Below, in pieces: positions 41,770 through 51,029 of a stretch of DNA of 64,000 nucleotides (the stretch's first letter is position 1; each line of letters opens with the position of its first letter). The notes below the pieces were generated by a model, which worked only from the letters and a program-made list of their open reading frames with translations, was not told the DNA's origin and did no database searches. This DNA is from an uncultured Acidobacteriota bacterium (GTDB taxonomy: Bacteria > Acidobacteriota > UBA6911): assembly GCA_963827655.1 (NCBI GenBank), contig CAWHCF010000026.1:160001-224000 (forward strand), given 5' to 3'. The translations under genes were made by a program, and so were the position numbers.

Positions 41770-43269
41770 TCACTTCAGGCGGTTCAATGTATAGGCGGCG
41801 ATCCTGGTCGCGAGCGCCTCGCCGTCGAGACCCTTGATGCCGCTAGGCCTCAGCTCGTAGACCCGCCCAGGCAGGAGTTTCTCGAGCTTCAGCAAGACGC
41901 GGAGACCGTCCTCCGAAACGGAAACTTCGGTGACCCGCGCGGGTGTCACGTCGGTTTTGGGCGATCCGTATTGGGCGTGATACCGGTAGTAGTAGTGGGT
42001 GAACGAATACGCCGCCGGAGCTTGAGCCGTGGATCGATCGACCGGCTTGGTGAAAGTCAGTTCGAATCCGCTCTCCGTCAGTCGCATTCGGAGAATGTCC
42101 ATGGGCACTTTGCCGGTCCAGACGATTCGCTGAAGCCCCTCGGTAGGGCCCCAGACCCGCATGGTTTGAGCAGTGTAGAGACTCGAGCCATCGGGAGAGA
42201 ATGCCAGCCGGTGGTTGCCGGTTCGAAGATTGTTGCCGTCGATGAGAATGAAACATGCCCCCTGATACTCACCGCCGACTTTCTCGAGATCGGCCCGCAG
42301 GATCCGCGGGTAGGTCCACTCAGCCACAATAAACTGACCGGTGTAGGGGCCGAACTTGCCGGCCGTCCGGTCGAGCAGCGGCTGGGCGGTCGATCCCGCC
42401 ATGTCGTTCTGGGGGAATTGAATCGCCGGCATCTTGCGTCGTTTGGCCAGAGACTCGATGCTGGCTTCGACCGGATCGCCGTCAAAAGTGGGATCCCAGT
42501 TCAAGGATGACGGATGGCCGTGGAAGGCGCCCTGCGTGACGTGATGCAGCGGAGAGGTGCCGACCCAGTCGCCCTGGTTGTCGGTCGCGAACAGGTCCCC
42601 TTCGGCGTTGAAAGCCAGCCCATTGGGCTGGCGAAAACCGCAGGAAATTGGGAGGAATTTGCCTTCGGGCGTGATCTTGACCACGCAGCCGCGATACGGC
42701 ACCGGGGAATAGTGACCCACGCGGTTTACCTTCCCCTCCTGGGCTTCCCGAGCTAATCGGCCTCGTGTCGTAAGCTCGCCGCGGGTCGGCGGTCGGGGAT
42801 TGGCGCCGTCCGAGGCGAGACCCAGTGAGATGTAGAAGTTGCCTGCGGCATCCCGTAAGGGTCCACCGATGAACTCGTGGTAATTTCCCGACATTCCCCA
42901 CGCATCGCAGATCGTTTCAAAAGTGTCGGCCGCTCCGTCGCCGTTCGTGTCGGCTACGCGGGTAAGTTCCGGCAGATGCGCAACGAAGAATTCCCCCGCC
43001 TTGCCGGGCAGGATTCCGAGCGGCGTTTGCAGGCCGGAGGCAAATTTCTTCCAGCCTGAAGTCGCCGGATCCAGCGCATAAATGTATCCGCGCCGGAAGC
43101 AGGCATAGAGCTTTCCGTCTCCTGCGAATGCGATCGAGCTGACTTCAGCTGCGATGCCTGGAGGGGTGGCGATGGTTTCGACACGGTAGCTGTCGGGAGG
43201 AACCTGTGCGGTGCCGGCCCGTGGGGTAAGAAGCAGCCACGCAGCCCCCGCAAGCAGCAGCCTCTTCAT
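41770..43269 (-). CDS. Secreted beta-propeller, glucose/sorbosone-dehydrogenase-like domain protein
   Basis: Signal peptide; DTNGDGAAD, GNYHEF, GFRQPNG, TDNQGDW, FYGHP-like FHGHP. Confidence 0.7.
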   Translation of the reverse strand: MKRLLLAGAAWLLLTPRAGTAQVPPDSYRVETIATPPGIAAEVSSIAFAGDGKLYACFRRGYIYALDPATSGWKKFASGLQTPLGILPGKAGEFFVAHLPELTRVADTNGDGAADTFETICDAWGMSGNYHEFIGGPLRDAAGNFYISLGLASDGANPRPPTRGELTTRGRLAREAQEGKVNRVGHYSPVPYRGCVVKITPEGKFLPISCGFRQPNGLAFNAEGDLFATDNQGDWVGTSPLHHVTQGAFHGHPSSLNWDPTFDGDPVEASIESLAKRRKMPAIQFPQNDMAGSTAQPLLDRTAGKFGPYTGQFIVAEWTYPRILRADLEKVGGEYQGACFILIDGNNLRTGNHRLAFSPDGSSLYTAQTMRVWGPTEGLQRIVWTGKVPMDILRMRLTESGFELTFTKPVDRSTAQAPAAYSFTHYYYRYHAQYGSPKTDVTPARVTEVSVSEDGLRVLLKLEKLLPGRVYELRPSGIKGLDGEALATRIAAYTLNRLK

Positions 43270-43274
43270 TCGTT

Positions 43275-45710
43275 CTACTCCTGTTTGGTGACCGTGACCT
43301 CGAACTTCACTTCGGTTCCACGAGGGATCTTGAGTTTCCCGTCCTCGAATCGGCCGATAGTAGAACTCAGCACTACTCCGCTGGTGCCGCCGGAGAGCAG
43401 CCACATGGGACGATCCACGCGGAGAATCTTGAACTCCCGCGTCAAGCCCTTGCCGCTCTTTTCCGGCAGAATCCGCTCGTAAACATCGATGCCATCAACC
43501 TGGTAGTGAAATTGCGGATACCCGTCGATCAACCGGTAGCCGCGAAAGCGCCGGTTGCCCACGTGGTCGGTCGCGCCGATTCGCAAAGGGAACTCATCGG
43601 ATCGATAAAAGATCTCGCCGATCAGTTTCGCGGTCGGCGTGAGCCGGGTTTCGTCCACTTTGCGTCGCAAGGTCCCGGACATATCGACAAAACCGCCGTA
43701 CCAGGCGTAGCGCAGCCGGCATTCCGCGGCATCGAAACAATAGGAGATCTTGCCGGGCATTCCGACGGCAATGGCGGCCGGCGTAGCTTCCGGCATGTCC
43801 CAACGGATGACGATCGCTTCCCGGTCCGGCACCGGTTTCTCTTCGCCCCCGAGCAAGCCGCCGGCGGCCCTGAGCCCTTCGGGGAGTGGCATGGATTCTC
43901 CCATCGCGAGAGCGGTCCAGAGAGTCTGGATTACTTTATCGGCTTCGTCGCGCTTCATCGTTCGAAAGTAGCTGGGCATGGAGGTGCCGGAAAGAATCCG
44001 GACTGGATCGCGCATCCATCTCTCGAACCAGTCGTAGCGGAGACGATGGGCAACGTCGATCAGTTGCGGCCCGTTTTCACCTTGAGATCTGAACGCTCCC
44101 CAGTCGTGACACCCGATGCAGGCCATGCCTCCCTTCTTCAAGTTCATTCCGATCAAATCCACGCCTCGCGTCCGCGACGCATCATTGGAAGGGGGTGGAG
44201 GCCCGGCGCCGGGCTCAACACCGCTCGCTTGGGCAAACCCATCGATGAGCGGCTTGACGGCGCGCGCTTCATAATGAGGCATACGAAGCTCGAGCCAGTT
44301 GAGGACTCGCTTTCGATTGGTCAGCACTTCGGCGATCCAGCCGGTGCGCAGCTTTGCGCCGGTGTCGGTCAGCGGCGGTGCGGCTTCGGCGGGAGATCCA
44401 CTGGGCCCCCGGCTATCGATCTGGTGACAGGCCACGCAGCGCAGCCGCTCGATGCTGCGCCGGAATGCGTAGACCGGGGCCGGACTCCGGTCGGGATGTC
44501 CCTGGTAGCTGAGCAAAAACGCCCGGATGGCACGGCGGGAGGCCGCATCCAGACGATAGCGCGGAACGCCTTTCGGCTCGTCCGACAGGCAGCCTTGCTC
44601 GAGCCGGAGTTTCTCGAGACGCGGCGTCTTCAGCCCGTTGACCAGCCTTGATGGATCATCGAGGGCGTGACAGGCGAGACAGCCTCTGGCGATGACGATC
44701 TCCTTGCCACGGACCCGATCGCCTTCTTCCCAGGGTTCTTCGAAAGCCCGGTTGCGCGATTCGACCAGGAACGAAGCCAGGCGGAAGGCTTCCTCATCGG
44801 TCAACATCAGCGAAGGCATACGACCGCTCGGGTCTACCGTGGACGGGTCTTTGAGGTAGGCGGCCAGCGAGGAAAGCGTCATTTTCGACCCGATGCCCTC
44901 GAGAGAAAGATCCGACTGTTGATGGCAGGCAGCGCAGCCGAATGATCCATAGAGTTGCTTGCCGTGATTGAGATCTTGCCGGGAGGGTTTCTTGGGATCG
45001 CGCGCGGGAATGCTTTCGGTTAGAGAGCTAAGATAGCTGGCCACGTCCCGGCGCTCTCGATCGTCGAGCATCGCGGGCATGACGGCGCCGGCGCGGTGCG
45101 CGGAAGCATCCTCCAGCCATTTATAGAGCCAGCGCGCCTGCGTGCGGGAACCAACACGAGTGAGGTCCGGACCAGGGCGCGCTTCGAGTCGCGCCGCAGC
45201 GCTCGCGTGGCAGTTCACGCAGCCGAGTTCTTCGACTAGATAACGACCCTGCTCTACAATCGCGTCGTCGCCGCTGGTTGAGGTCGACGCCTGATGCCAG
45301 AACAGCGAGCCAGGAACCGGTTCGAGCGCAAAATGGTTCGACTTCCATAGAATCTGCACGCGCGCCACACCGGGTTTGCGACGGTAATGGATTCGGATGG
45401 GGTGCCGGCCGGAATCAAGCTGGATGGTTTTGCCGGTGACCGCGGCTCCGTTGATGTTGATTTCGGCAGCGCTTTCGAACGTGTAAGCGCCGGTCTGGAG
45501 GACCGAGAGCAGCCCGGTCCATTCCGCCTCGAACTCGCTTTCGAGCGCTGGATGCACCGATTCGTCTGATTTGAGGTAAAAGTTCGGTGTGGGAACCACG
45601 AGCTTGACGCTGTGATTTCGGTCGCGGTACGTCGCCACGAGGCCGGGTAGTGAGTCCTGACTCGCAGCAGGAGGAGAAACCGGCGCAGCCAGGAGAATGA
45701 AGAACGACAA
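43275..45710 (-). CDS. PA14-like domain plus five c-type cytochrome domains
   Basis: FEAEWTGLL..GAYTF PA14-like start; GCVNCH, GCAACH, GCLACH, RCVACH, ACIGCH each followed by a distal MP; start uncertain. Confidence 0.8.
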   Translation of the reverse strand: MSFFILLAAPVSPPAASQDSLPGLVATYRDRNHSVKLVVPTPNFYLKSDESVHPALESEFEAEWTGLLSVLQTGAYTFESAAEININGAAVTGKTIQLDSGRHPIRIHYRRKPGVARVQILWKSNHFALEPVPGSLFWHQASTSTSGDDAIVEQGRYLVEELGCVNCHASAAARLEARPGPDLTRVGSRTQARWLYKWLEDASAHRAGAVMPAMLDDRERRDVASYLSSLTESIPARDPKKPSRQDLNHGKQLYGSFGCAACHQQSDLSLEGIGSKMTLSSLAAYLKDPSTVDPSGRMPSLMLTDEEAFRLASFLVESRNRAFEEPWEEGDRVRGKEIVIARGCLACHALDDPSRLVNGLKTPRLEKLRLEQGCLSDEPKGVPRYRLDAASRRAIRAFLLSYQGHPDRSPAPVYAFRRSIERLRCVACHQIDSRGPSGSPAEAAPPLTDTGAKLRTGWIAEVLTNRKRVLNWLELRMPHYEARAVKPLIDGFAQASGVEPGAGPPPPSNDASRTRGVDLIGMNLKKGGMACIGCHDWGAFRSQGENGPQLIDVAHRLRYDWFERWMRDPVRILSGTSMPSYFRTMKRDEADKVIQTLWTALAMGESMPLPEGLRAAGGLLGGEEKPVPDREAIVIRWDMPEATPAAIAVGMPGKISYCFDAAECRLRYAWYGGFVDMSGTLRRKVDETRLTPTAKLIGEIFYRSDEFPLRIGATDHVGNRRFRGYRLIDGYPQFHYQVDGIDVYERILPEKSGKGLTREFKILRVDRPMWLLSGGTSGVVLSSTIGRFEDGKLKIPRGTEVKFEVTVTKQE

Positions 45711-45769
45711 AATCTTCGATATTCTTTTGGTCTTCCGGCCCTGGTGATGAATTTGGTGACGAATTTGGC

Positions 45770-46582
45770 CTAGAATTTTAAGATGACCTCCTGAGGTATT
45801 CCCTTACTGGTCGGGACTCGCAAGGTGAAGCCGGTGCGGTTAGACGGCGGATTCTGGAGCGAGAAATAGAGGAACCGATCCCGCGACAGGGAGCGCTGAA
45901 TCATCTGGGTCGAATGCGCCTTGTCCCGAAAATCTTTCTCGACCAGTTGCTTCTCGAACTGAGACAGGTCCCCGACATCTCCCGTGCCTCCACCCGGATT
46001 GAGTACTACATCCACTCCGGGGGTGCCCATCGGTCCGCCGTAGGTACCCCGACGGTCGTACCTGGGATCTCCGGTGCGGCGGGCGCGAGGGTCGTTGGGG
46101 TCGTATCTTGGATCATTGGGATCGAGCGACGGATCGTAGCGCGGATCCGCCGGATCGGTCCGCGGATCTCCGGTGCGGACGCCCGGGTTTACGGCGACGG
46201 GCCGCTTCTCCTTCACCTGCGCCGACACAACCAGACCCTGCAGAACCGCTTGGGCCACTGCTTCAGGCGGTACCGGAGCGACCGGATTTCCGTCCGGGCC
46301 GATGAGCTGCAATTGCTCGAGCGGCAGCACTACCTCTTCGTTTCCGCCATTGACGACCGCCAGTCGGACCGAAATGACATTCGAGGGAGACAGTTCCTTG
46401 TAGAAATAGTCGTCCTGGTCTTTGCCCTCGAGCAGCAGATCGGCCGCGTAGGTGACTCCGGCGGCCGAGGTATGCACCTGAAATTGTTCCGGTTTTTTCG
46501 GCTTGACCAGTTTGACCTTGAACCCGGCCAGCGCGGGGATTATGAAGCCCATGACTCCAATCAGTGCAATAGTTTTTCTCAT
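45770..46582 (-). CDS. Hypothetical exported protein with DPxDPRY repeats
   Basis: Signal peptide MRKTIALIG..ALA; GGAGAAGG RBS; internal DPADPRYDPSLDPNDPRYDPNDPR. Confidence 0.7.
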   Translation of the reverse strand: MRKTIALIGVMGFIIPALAGFKVKLVKPKKPEQFQVHTSAAGVTYAADLLLEGKDQDDYFYKELSPSNVISVRLAVVNGGNEEVVLPLEQLQLIGPDGNPVAPVPPEAVAQAVLQGLVVSAQVKEKRPVAVNPGVRTGDPRTDPADPRYDPSLDPNDPRYDPNDPRARRTGDPRYDRRGTYGGPMGTPGVDVVLNPGGGTGDVGDLSQFEKQLVEKDFRDKAHSTQMIQRSLSRDRFLYFSLQNPPSNRTGFTLRVPTSKGIPQEVILKF

Positions 46583-46729
46583 GGCCTTCTCCTTAATGCC
46601 CACATTGTGAACCAACTTTATACCGTCTGGCTAGTCCCTTCTCGCATAGCCGGATTCTTGATAGGCTATAGAGCTCCTGGTGTTTGTTGGTGTCTTCGTG
46701 GTTAGTGCGGCGAAACGATGGAGGTGGTG

Positions 46730-48260
46730 ATGCCCATTCTGGCTCGGCCTGGATGTGGGAACGACGGGAACTCGCGCGGTCGTGGTCGACGAGTCGGGGA
46801 AAGTCTGCGCGGCCGCTTCAAGCGACCACGCTCCTATGGCCCAACCCCAGCCGACCTGGGCCGAACAGGATCCCGAGGACTGGTGGCGGGCGGCCCAGGA
46901 GGCTATCCGCGCCGCGCTCAGTCGGGGCAATTGCCGCCGCGGCGACATCGCAGGGATCGGGCTCTCGGGGCAGATGCACGGAGCAGTGCTGCTCGATGAA
47001 CGTCATCAGGTGATTCGCCCTTCGATCATCTGGTGCGACCAGCGCAGCCAGGCAGAGGCCGATTGGCTTACTGAACGAATCGGGAGCGCGCGTCTCAAAG
47101 AGATTACCTGCAATCCCGCCCTCACCGGATTCACGCTCCCCAAACTCCTGTGGGTGAGAGATCACGAACCCGCACACTATGCCCGCATGCGAATGCTTCT
47201 TCTGCCCAAGGACTATGTGCGCTTCCGGCTCACAGGGGAATTCGCTACCGAGGTCTCGGATGCGTCCGGAACTCTGCTTCTGGACGTGCCGCGGCGGAAA
47301 TGGTCTGACGCGATTCTGGAGGCTCTTGGCCTGGATTCGCGCCGCCTGCCGCGCGTTGCTGAATCGGTCGAGGCCACGACTAGTGTCAGCGCCGAAGCGG
47401 CGGCCGCTACCGGTCTTGAAGCGCGCACAGCGGTGGTTGGAGGCGGCGGAGATCAGGCGGCCGGCGGCGTGGGTAACGGTATTGTCGAGCCCGGTATTGT
47501 CAGCTCCACGATCGGGAGCAGCGGCGTGCTTTTTGCCCACACGAATGCGCCTCATCTCGATCCTCATGGCCGCGTCCATACCTTCTGTCACGCCGCGCCG
47601 CTGCGCTGGCATGTGATGGCGGTGACTCAGGGCGCGGGGCTGTCGCTGCGCTGGTTTCGCGACAATTTCGCCGCGGGCGAAATCGTCGAGGCGCGCGAAA
47701 CCGGAATTGATCCCTATGAGCTCATGACCGGGGAAGCCGCCGGCGCTCCGCCGGGGTGCGAAGGACTCCTTTATCTCCCGTACCTGATGGGAGAACGAAC
47801 TCCTCATCTCGATCCTCTGGCCCGCGGCGTATTCTTTGGGCTTACGGCCCGGCACACGCGCGCGCACATGATTCGCGCGATTCTCGAAGGTGTGGCTTAT
47901 TCGCTTCGCGATGGCCTGGAAATCTTTCAGGAAATGGGCGTCCCTTCGGCGCAGATTCGAGCCTCGGGCGGCGGAGGGCGCAGCTTGCTGTGGCGGCAAA
48001 TCCAGGCCGATGTATTCAACCGTGAAATGGTGACGATTAACACCACGGAAGGATCCGCTTACGGTGCCGCCTTGCTCGCGGCCGCAGGCACGGGAGGCTT
48101 CGGATCCGTGGAGGAGGCATGCCGCGCCTGCATCCGTGTCACGGAGCGTTGCCAGCCTGCGCGCGAGCGCGTCCGGATGTACGACGATTACTACGCTGTT
48201 TACCGCGGCCTCTATACTCGTTTACGAGACTCCTTCCGCGCCGTGGCGGAAATCAGGTGA
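46730..48260 (+). CDS. xylB: Xylulokinase (1-nt indel right after the start)
   Basis: GGAGGTGG RBS, ATG 46730, then FWLGLDVGTTG in the next frame; GLSGQMHG, LLPKDY, GGGDQAA, YLMGERTPH. Confidence 0.9.
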
Positions 48261-48365
48261 CAGGCTACGCTCTTTCCTGTTTTGGGTGAGCACGGACGCA
48301 GGTTGGTAGCAATGAAATGCGCCCGGGTCGGAGGCAGCCATAGCTTCGAATGCAATGCTTCGTGG

Positions 48366-48662
48366 CCAGGCCTCAGAACGGCCGGCAGTGCGTAGCCCCC
48401 GGCCGCTAAGGCCAGAGGAAATCCGGGTCTCGACAACCATGAGCGCCGATAGCGTGCAACACAGCCGGAGTGCGCGGAGCCGTTCGGCCCTCGGACTCGA
48501 GGGTCTTCCAGTTCCCCGCCCGTGACTGGCGCGGGCTATTTCCTGCCGGGCCTTCGGCCCTGGGTAACGGCACCCCAGAGCTTCTGTGCTTGCGAATGTC
48601 CAAAGTCCAAGGCGATAGCAAGCTTCGCCGAACCAAGGCGGTAGCAGGGTACCGCACTCCAA
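48366..48662. repeat. Composite REP-like element
   Basis: AGGCC..GGCCG..GCGTAGCCCC ... CTGCCGGGCCTTCGGCCCTGG ... AATGTCCAAAGTCCA, then AGCAAGCTTCGCC..GCGGTAGCAGGGTACCGCACTCCA; parts recur at 31747-32070, 23946-23990 and 56558-56609. Confidence 0.65.
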
Positions 48663-48725
48663 GGGCGCCGGCGCCACCGGATTTCACATTTGGCCTTCAG
48701 GTTTGTTATATAGGGCGAGAACGAT

Positions 48726-49220
48726 ATGACCGTGCCGCCCATCTCATTCGATCAGCTGGTTCAACATCACCGGAGGGAGATTCTCGCGTATCTGATCCGG
48801 GTGCTCGGCAACGTTCACGACGCCGAAGACGTGTGCCAGGACGCGTTGATCCGCGCCTACCGGTCCTTCGATCCCGTGATACTCAACTCGAACGCGAGGG
48901 CATGGCTCTATCGGATTGCGACCAATTCGGCATTGAATGCCTTGAAGCGGCGCAGGCGCGCTGCGGCCCGGGAAGTTTCACTCGCCGCTGTGGAGCGAAT
49001 TCCCGCTTCGGTCCACGATTTCGACCAGCGCGAGCGGCTTCGCCGGGTTGCCCTGGCCGTAGATCAGCTTCCCCCCAGGCAGCGAGCCGCGCTGATGCAG
49101 CGCCGGTTTCATGACCTGAGTTACGAAGAAATCGCAGTCTCGCTGAACTGCAACGCAACGACCGCGCGCGCTCATGTCTACCAGGCAATAAAAAAGCTCA
49201 GGCAGGCGGCGTCAGAGTGA
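48726..49220 (+). CDS. ECF RNA polymerase sigma factor
   Basis: DAEDVCQDA, RAWLYRIATN, LPPRQR..LSYEEIA; no region 3. Confidence 0.92.
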   Translation: MTVPPISFDQLVQHHRREILAYLIRVLGNVHDAEDVCQDALIRAYRSFDPVILNSNARAWLYRIATNSALNALKRRRRAAAREVSLAAVERIPASVHDFDQRERLRRVALAVDQLPPRQRAALMQRRFHDLSYEEIAVSLNCNATTARAHVYQAIKKLRQAASE

Positions 49221-49963
49221 ACTCGGGTGAACGAGTGAAAAAAGCGCGTAAAACATCACGAATCTATAAAGGCGCTTCCAATATGCGAAAACCGGTCCAC
49301 GACGAGTTGATTGCTTCGTTGCTTGGGGACGTCAAGGACTCGCCTTCCCTGGAGCGTTGGGCTTCCGCCGCCGAAGGCCGGCGAGATTTGAGTGAATTTC
49401 AGGAAGTGTTGGATTCGCTCGATTCGTTGTACCGCCAGGTCTCCCTTCCGGAAGAGCGCCCCCCTGTCTACTACGCCGGAATGGAAGGCCCGATTGGAGA
49501 CCTCTGGATGGCGGTGACGGACAAGGGACTCATGAGGGTGTCATTCGCTCAGGATGAGACGTCCTTCATCACCGAAATTCACGAACGGACCCGCGCCGAG
49601 GTCCTCCCCTCTTCGGAGAAACTGGGCAGGATCGTAGCCGAATTGAGGGAATACTTCTCTGGAACTCGTTCGAGATTTGACTTTGACATCGATCTCAGCC
49701 TGGTGACCCCGTTTCAACGTCGCGTGTTGCAGGCTGCCGCCAATATTCCCATGGGGCAGGTCATCACGTACGGTGAGCTGGCCGGACGAATCGGTCAACC
49801 GATGGCCTGCCGCGCAGTCGGGCAGGCACTGGGGAGGAATCCTATTCCGGTGGTCATACCGTGCCATCGCATTGTGGGTGGTGGCGGGGGAATCGGTGGT
49901 TATACGGGCGGCTTGCACATAAAGCGGAAATTGCTGGAGCTCGAAGGAGTCGCGATCGATTGA
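49217..49963 (+). CDS. ogt: Methylated-DNA--protein-cysteine methyltransferase with N-terminal extension (alternative start ATG 49283)
   Basis: TPFQRRVL..IPMGQVITYGELA, RAVGQALGRNPIPVVIPCHRIV, GGYTGG..KRKLLELEG; GTG 49217 overlaps the sigma stop. Confidence 0.9.
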   Translation: MNSGERVKKARKTSRIYKGASNMRKPVHDELIASLLGDVKDSPSLERWASAAEGRRDLSEFQEVLDSLDSLYRQVSLPEERPPVYYAGMEGPIGDLWMAVTDKGLMRVSFAQDETSFITEIHERTRAEVLPSSEKLGRIVAELREYFSGTRSRFDFDIDLSLVTPFQRRVLQAAANIPMGQVITYGELAGRIGQPMACRAVGQALGRNPIPVVIPCHRIVGGGGGIGGYTGGLHIKRKLLELEGVAID

Positions 49964-49998
49964 CGATTGACGATTTGACGATTGACGATTGACGATTT
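49957..49998 (+). repeat. 7-bp tandem repeat (GATTGAC class) containing the ogt stop codon
   Basis: CGATTGACGATTGACGATTTGACGATTGACGATTGACGATTT; inverse arm at 50912-50931. Confidence 0.85.
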
Positions 49999-50022
49999 GC
50001 GTCCTGGTGGTTGATTTTTTAA

Positions 50023-50700
50023 ATGGCTCACGCAGCGAAAGAGATGAGATTCCTCGCCACGCCGGAGAAGGGGGAGGTCTCCGCCCTGTTCGTGCGGCCC
50101 GGCGACGCGAGCCACCTCCTCGTCCTCGGCCACGGAGCCAGTACGAATATGCGACACGCCACCCTGCAGACCATCGCGGATCGGATGGCTGAGGCGGGCA
50201 TAGCGACCTTCCGCTACAACTTTCCCTACATGGAGCACGGCAGAGGGCGCGATTCTCGGGAGGTCTGCACAGCGACCGTCCGCGCAGCGGTCGCGGTCGC
50301 GCGCATGGCTGCCCTCGACCTCCGCCTCCTGGCCGGCGGCCATTCCTTCGGCGGGCGCATGACCTCCACCGCAGCCTCAGAATCCCCTCTCGATGGCGTA
50401 CACGGCCTGGTTTTCTTCTCCTTCCCCTTACATCAGCCCGGCAGCCCCGACACGAAGCGCGCGGACCACCTCGGCGCGGTCACGGTCCCGATGCTCTTCC
50501 TCAGCGGCACGCGCGACGAGCTGGCGAATCTGGACCTTCTGCAACCGGTCTGCAAAAAACTCGGCAAGCGCGCGACACTCCACCTCCTCGACACTGCCGA
50601 CCATGGCTTCCGCACGCTCAAACGCTCCCGCAAGAGCGAGGAGGACGTGTTCGTCGAGATGGCTCGCGTCGTCCGGGAGTGGGCGTCCGGTTTGCGGTGA
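50023..50700 (+). CDS. Alpha/beta hydrolase family protein
   Basis: LGHGA, RYNFPY, GGHSFGGR nucleophile, FPLHQPG, SGTRD, ADHGF. Confidence 0.85.
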   Translation: MAHAAKEMRFLATPEKGEVSALFVRPGDASHLLVLGHGASTNMRHATLQTIADRMAEAGIATFRYNFPYMEHGRGRDSREVCTATVRAAVAVARMAALDLRLLAGGHSFGGRMTSTAASESPLDGVHGLVFFSFPLHQPGSPDTKRADHLGAVTVPMLFLSGTRDELANLDLLQPVCKKLGKRATLHLLDTADHGFRTLKRSRKSEEDVFVEMARVVREWASGLR

Positions 50701-51029
50701 ACATCCTCATCGTCGCCAGGACTCTGTCGTTGAAGCCCGCATGAGTCGAGATCCGAACCGAAACACACTGTCCAAGAAAAATCCGCGTGTAACGGCTTCT
50801 CTGCGATATGCTCGATCGCGGGGACTGCTGATGCATCGCGGTGATTCTGTGGTGCCATGATTCGAAAGATGTCGGCGATTGTCGTTTTGAAATCACTTAC
50901 GATTGCGTTTTTCAATCGTCAATCGTCAATCCCTTGGGGCTGTCGCCTTGATTCATCGCCCTCTTCATTGGTATTGCGTCACGCCGCCCCACATGGCTTG
51001 TACTTCCTTATCGAGGAGAGAGATTGTCT

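Noticed and set aside
50741-50860. Small ORF MSRDPNRNTLSKKNPRV as a gene remnant
   Set aside because: Too short and unspecific to assign
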